64,000 nucleotides of DNA from Perna viridis (lineage: Eukaryota), in contig CM074516.1 of the NCBI GenBank assembly GCA_037379345.1, positions 10,974,001-11,038,000 of the forward strand, given 5' to 3'. A program made the position numbers and the translations under genes. Below are positions 59,499 to 64,000 of this stretch, piece by piece; positions within the stretch are counted from its first letter, which is position 1; the number at the start of each line of letters is the position of its first letter. The notes beneath the pieces were generated by a model that was given only the letters and a program-made list of their open reading frames with translations, did no database searches and had not been told where the DNA came from.

Positions 59499-62400
59499 TT
59501 TCAACAGTGTTGTTCTTGATTATTTTAAAAGCAGTCCTTTTATAGCACTGAAAAATACCACCCTGAATATATTTCTGATAATTTATATATCTTATCTCAC
59601 TAAAGTGGTAACCATAGAGTCTTCAAAAATCTGTTTATGTCTGTTAATGACCCTCCTCATTGGTTTTATTTCTACTTTATTATTTTGTCTTTAAATAGTA
59701 ATTTTTTTTGGTTTTTTTTTTTGTTTTTGTTTTGCATCAAAAGTTTGTTTTTCAATTGTTTTTTACCTATCTGTAAACGCCCTATAATAATTTAAGTATA
59801 TTATCACTCCAAAGTTGTAATGAGCGATTTCTGATTCAAACATTTGTAATTCTGTTAAGTTTTTTTATGGCTTTTGATCTTAATTTATTCAAAATACAAA
59901 AACGATGATCAATACTATTATTGTAGCAGCATAAACAGTTATCTAATTATTTAACGACTAACGCTTTTCTGTTCGTAATGTGTAAAGTGATCGACCTTGG
60001 GGGTAAACCTTTGATTTCTATAATACTCCCTAGAACTTTTGAATATCGTGAGAAGTTAGTAACAACTATTTCATATATGACAGTATGAAGAATTTTAGTA
60101 AATTTTGATATTTTATACAAAATCTTAAATATTTTTCTTTTTTTTTTTAAGATTAGTATTATCTAATGCTATGAAAGTTGTAATAAAATCAAACAACACA
60201 GATATAAAATATTTAATATAAAAAAAACTACTTTAAACACGAAATTTCATTAGATGACATCTAGTGGCGAGGTACTCTTGGGGCGATTAATACCACATAT
60301 AAAATGAGAACCGAAAGGTTGCTGTAACTCGATAACATTAAAAAATATATGTAGAAGAAGATTAGACTTATTTTCGTTCCATCTATTTTGGTACTTAAAT
60401 GTTGATTTTCTTCATTAAGTAAGGAAAAAAAATGTCAGAAATGTTTAAATTGTAACTTATTACACTTTTATAATTGGTGATTTAGATTAAGGCCTTATTT
60501 TTTTTTGGAAAAAAAAGGTAATTTTTATAAGAATTTTCTCGCAACTGTTGATCAGTGACTTGAAATTTTGTTGAAGATTAGATTTATTTTCGTTCCATCT
60601 ATTTTGGTACTTAAATGTTGATTTTCTTCATTAAGTAAGGAAAAAAAATGCCAGAAATTTTTAAATTGTAACTTATTACACTTTTATAATTGGTGATTTA
60701 GATTAAGGTCTTATATTTTTTTGGAGAAAAAAGGTATTTTTTTTTAAATTTAATTAAATTACCACTATGGGCAGGTATTAAAAAATTGTGTTAGGTTAAT
60801 GAAAATAATGTTTGTTTAAACATTAAATTCTATTGGGTTATTCCCATTTCACAGAAGTGCCTTTTATTTTGTTTGTTGATGTAATATTACCTTTGTTTAT
60901 TTTTTTTAAATTGTTTATTGCATTTGTCAAATACTCAAGTATTGAGTTTGATATTGATATAGAGAAATTATTTCATGTTTTTTTTTCACATTAGGTAGGT
61001 GCTTAAATGTTTAATAGTTAGATTTCTTTTTTTTTTGTTGGTGCAATATTACCTGCATGTATGTTTTAAATTTTTAAATGTTAATTGCATTTGTTATAAG
61101 ATATTGATTTTATAATTGTTGTACATATTTGTTTTTTGTTTTAAATAAAAAAAGAAGAGAGTGAAAAAAAAACAAAAAAAACAGGGGGTATCTTTATGCT
61201 CAAGTTGTGAATATTACAGATTTGACATTTAGATGCCTCCATGTGGATTTTGTTAAATATCAACTTTTAGGCCTAATTAGTGTTTGGCTTTTTGGAATTT
61301 TGTTGTATGCTTTGTTTCGATCAAACCCCCATAGAGAATAATATGTAAGTGCTCACGAAATGTAAAATACCAAATATTTTAATGTGGGATATTATTGAAG
61401 TATTTAATAAAATTTGTTCACGTCTCCTTGTCTTAATATCTGACTAACGTTTTTTTTGTTTCATACAAGTACAACAGTATCATTAGTTGAAATTTATATA
61501 AAAAAAATGAAATAAAGTATTCAATAGCCTTACAGTGTCTGTTCAAAATCCTTTAATGTGTCATCTCCTTTCATAGAAGCTTCCCTATAAAAAAAAATTC
61601 GTATAATTGCATTTACACGAAATTGATAAAATTTATTTTAGGCGACACCAAATCACTTTAAATTAAAGTAGGATTGCGATTTTTAGCAAAAAAAATTCTC
61701 ATCAACTATTCCTTCTCTTACATAAAAATCATCACATACTTCTAGGTAAAAAAATAAAAGTGAAACAAATAATAAAATAAAGTTAACTTACAGTTGGATC
61801 ATTCTCTGTGCCATTTTCAACAGTGTTGTTCTTGATTATTTTAAAAGCAGTCCTTTTATAGCACTGAAAAATACCACCCTGAATATATTTCTGATAATTT
61901 ATATATCTTATCTCACTAAAGTGGTAACCATAGAGTCTTCAAAAATCTGTTTATGTCTGTTAATGACCCTCCTCATTGGTTTTATTTCTACTTTATTATT
62001 TTGTCTTTAAATAGTAATTTTTTTTGGTTTTTTTTTTTGTTTTTGTTTTGCATCAAAAGTTTGTTTTTCAATTGTTTTTTACCTATCTGTAAACGCCCTA
62101 TAATAATTTAAGTATATTATCACTCCAAAGTTGTAATGAGCGATTTCTGATTCAAACATTTGTAATTCTGTTAAGTTTTTTTATGGCTTTTGATCTTAAT
62201 TTATTCAAAATACAAAAACGATGATCAATACTATTATTGTAGCAGCATAAACAGTTATCTAATTATTTAACGACTAACGCTTTTCTGTTCGTAATGTGTA
62301 AAGTGATCGACCTTGGGGGTAAACCTTTGATTTCTATAATACTCCCTAGAACTTTTGAATATCGTGAGAAGTTAGTAACAACTATTTCATATATGACAGT

Positions 62401-63587
62401 ATGAAGAATTTTAGTAAATTTTGATATTTTATACAAAATCTTAAATATTTTTCTTTTTTTTTTTAAGATTAGTATTATCTAATGCTATGAAAGTTGTAAT
62501 AAAATCAAACAACACAGATATAAAATATTTAATATAAAAAAAACTACTTTAAACACGAAATTTCATTAGATGACATCTAGTGGCGAGGTACTCTTGGGGC
62601 GATTAATACCACATATAAAATGAGAACCGAAAGGTTGCTGTAACTCGATAACATTAAAAAATATATGTAGAAGAAGATTAGACTTATTTTCGTTCCATCT
62701 ATTTTGGTACTTAAATGTTGATTTTCTTCATTAAGTAAGGAAAAAAAAATGTCAGAAATGTTTAAATTGTAACTTATTACACTTTTATAATTGGTGATTT
62801 AGATTAAGGCCTTATTTTTTTTTGGAAAAAAAAGGTAATTTTTATAAGAATTTTCTCGCAACTGTTGATCAGTGACTTGAAATTTTGTTGAAGATTAGAT
62901 TTATTTTCGTTCCATCTATTTTGGTACTTAAATGTTGATTTTCTTCATTAAGTAAGGAAAAAAAATGCCAGAAATTTTTAAATTGTAACTTATTACACTT
63001 TTATAATTGGTGATTTAGATTAAGGTCTTATATTTTTTTGGAGAAAAAAGGTATTTTTTTTTAAATTTAATTAAATTACCACTATGGGCAGGTATTAAAA
63101 AATTGTGTTAGGTTAATGAAAATAATGTTTGTTTAAACATTAAATTCTATTGGGTTATTCCCATTTCACAGAAGTGCCTTTTATTTTGTTTGTTGATGTA
63201 ATATTACCTTTGTTTATTTTTTTTAAATTGTTTATTGCATTTGTCAAATACTCAAGTATTGAGTTTGATATTGATATAGAGAAATTATTTCATGTTTTTT
63301 TTTCACATTAGGTAGGTGCTTAAATGTTTAATAGTTAGATTTCTTTTTTTTTTGTTGGTGCAATATTACCTGCATGTATGTTTTAAATTTTTAAATGTTA
63401 ATTGCATTTGTTATAAGATATTGATTTTATAATTGTTGTACATATTTGTTTTTTGTTTTAAATAAAAAAAGAAGAGAGTGAAAAAAAAACAAAAAAAACA
63501 GGGGGTATCTTTATGCTCAAGTTGTGAATATTACAGATTTGACATTTAGATGCCTCCATGTGGATTTTGTTAAATATCAACTTTTAG
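58951..63587 (+). repeat. Near-identical 2.3-kb tandem duplication (58951-61270 / 61267-63587)
   Basis: Offset 2316-2317 bp; 'ttag' microhomology at the junction; each unit has an internal ~160-bp repeat at ~220-bp spacing. Confidence 0.95.
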
Positions 63588-63871
63588 ATGTATAAAGACT
63601 TTTCTCTATGTGATGACAACATGTTTGAAAACAAAGGGTGTTTAATTATTCATGCATGATGGATGTTTTTAAATGTATTTAATATGTCAAGTAGGTAGGC
63701 CATAAAATTAACATTGTTTATTTTATATAGTTAAACAAACCATTGAGTGGCATCTTTATGTTCAGGTTGTCAAGATTGCAGATTTGACATTTAGATGTTC
63801 TCATGTACATTAACATATTAAATGTTGGTTTCTGTCATAAATAAAATGTGTTAAAGTAATACTTGAAGTAC

Positions 63872-64000
63872 TCCTATTAACCATTTAACAATACTTTGTC
63901 GCTTATCTATCATCCTTTGATCGTTTGAAATAAAGTTGGACAGTTGTTCAGGCATAGTAATTTTATTATCTTCGATCTCTTCATTATCCTTATGTTCCTC
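63872..64000 (-). repeat. Maverick right TIR (partial, runs off the window)
   Basis: Reverse complement of 46776-46904. Confidence 0.9.

Larger units (their letters stand above)
46712..64000. mobile_element. Maverick/Polinton (adintovirus-like endogenous dsDNA virus); right end predicted ~64 bp beyond the window
   Basis: Co-located integrase, penton, MCP, adenain, A32-type ATPase and pPolB; TIRs 46776-46904 and 64000-63872. Confidence 0.95.

Overview
AT-rich eukaryotic (animal; the repeat content looks bivalve-mollusc-like) genomic DNA. 1-17.8 kb: eleven coding exons of TFIP11 (tuftelin-interacting protein 11/Ntr1) on the minus strand. The splice phases are consistent, the 3' end lies left of the window, and the introns hold MITEs, a SINE and a higher-order minisatellite. 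18-46.7 kb: nested decayed transposons, namely Penelope-like RT copies, a CCC-TIR element, two truncated Gypsy LTR elements, a DIRS/Ngaro YR+SGNH relic, HINE-like repeats and a ~2.5-kb segmental duplication. 46.7-64 kb: a Maverick/Polinton endogenous virus whose left TIR matches the last 129 bp of the window. It encodes integrase-chromodomain, a compact penton, a basic core protein, major capsid, adenain protease, packaging ATPase and protein-primed PolB. The most notable features of this element are: a GT-AG intron splitting PolB motif A (DYTS|LYP) that itself carries a MITE; a second PolB acceptor whose upstream exons I cannot find; an 82-aa ORF with a Bcl-2 BH1 motif; a tandem-PC4 gene; and a five-exon, all-phase-2 orphan gene (145 aa) that the ORF track misses. 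All calls come from reading motifs by eye; no database searches were run.
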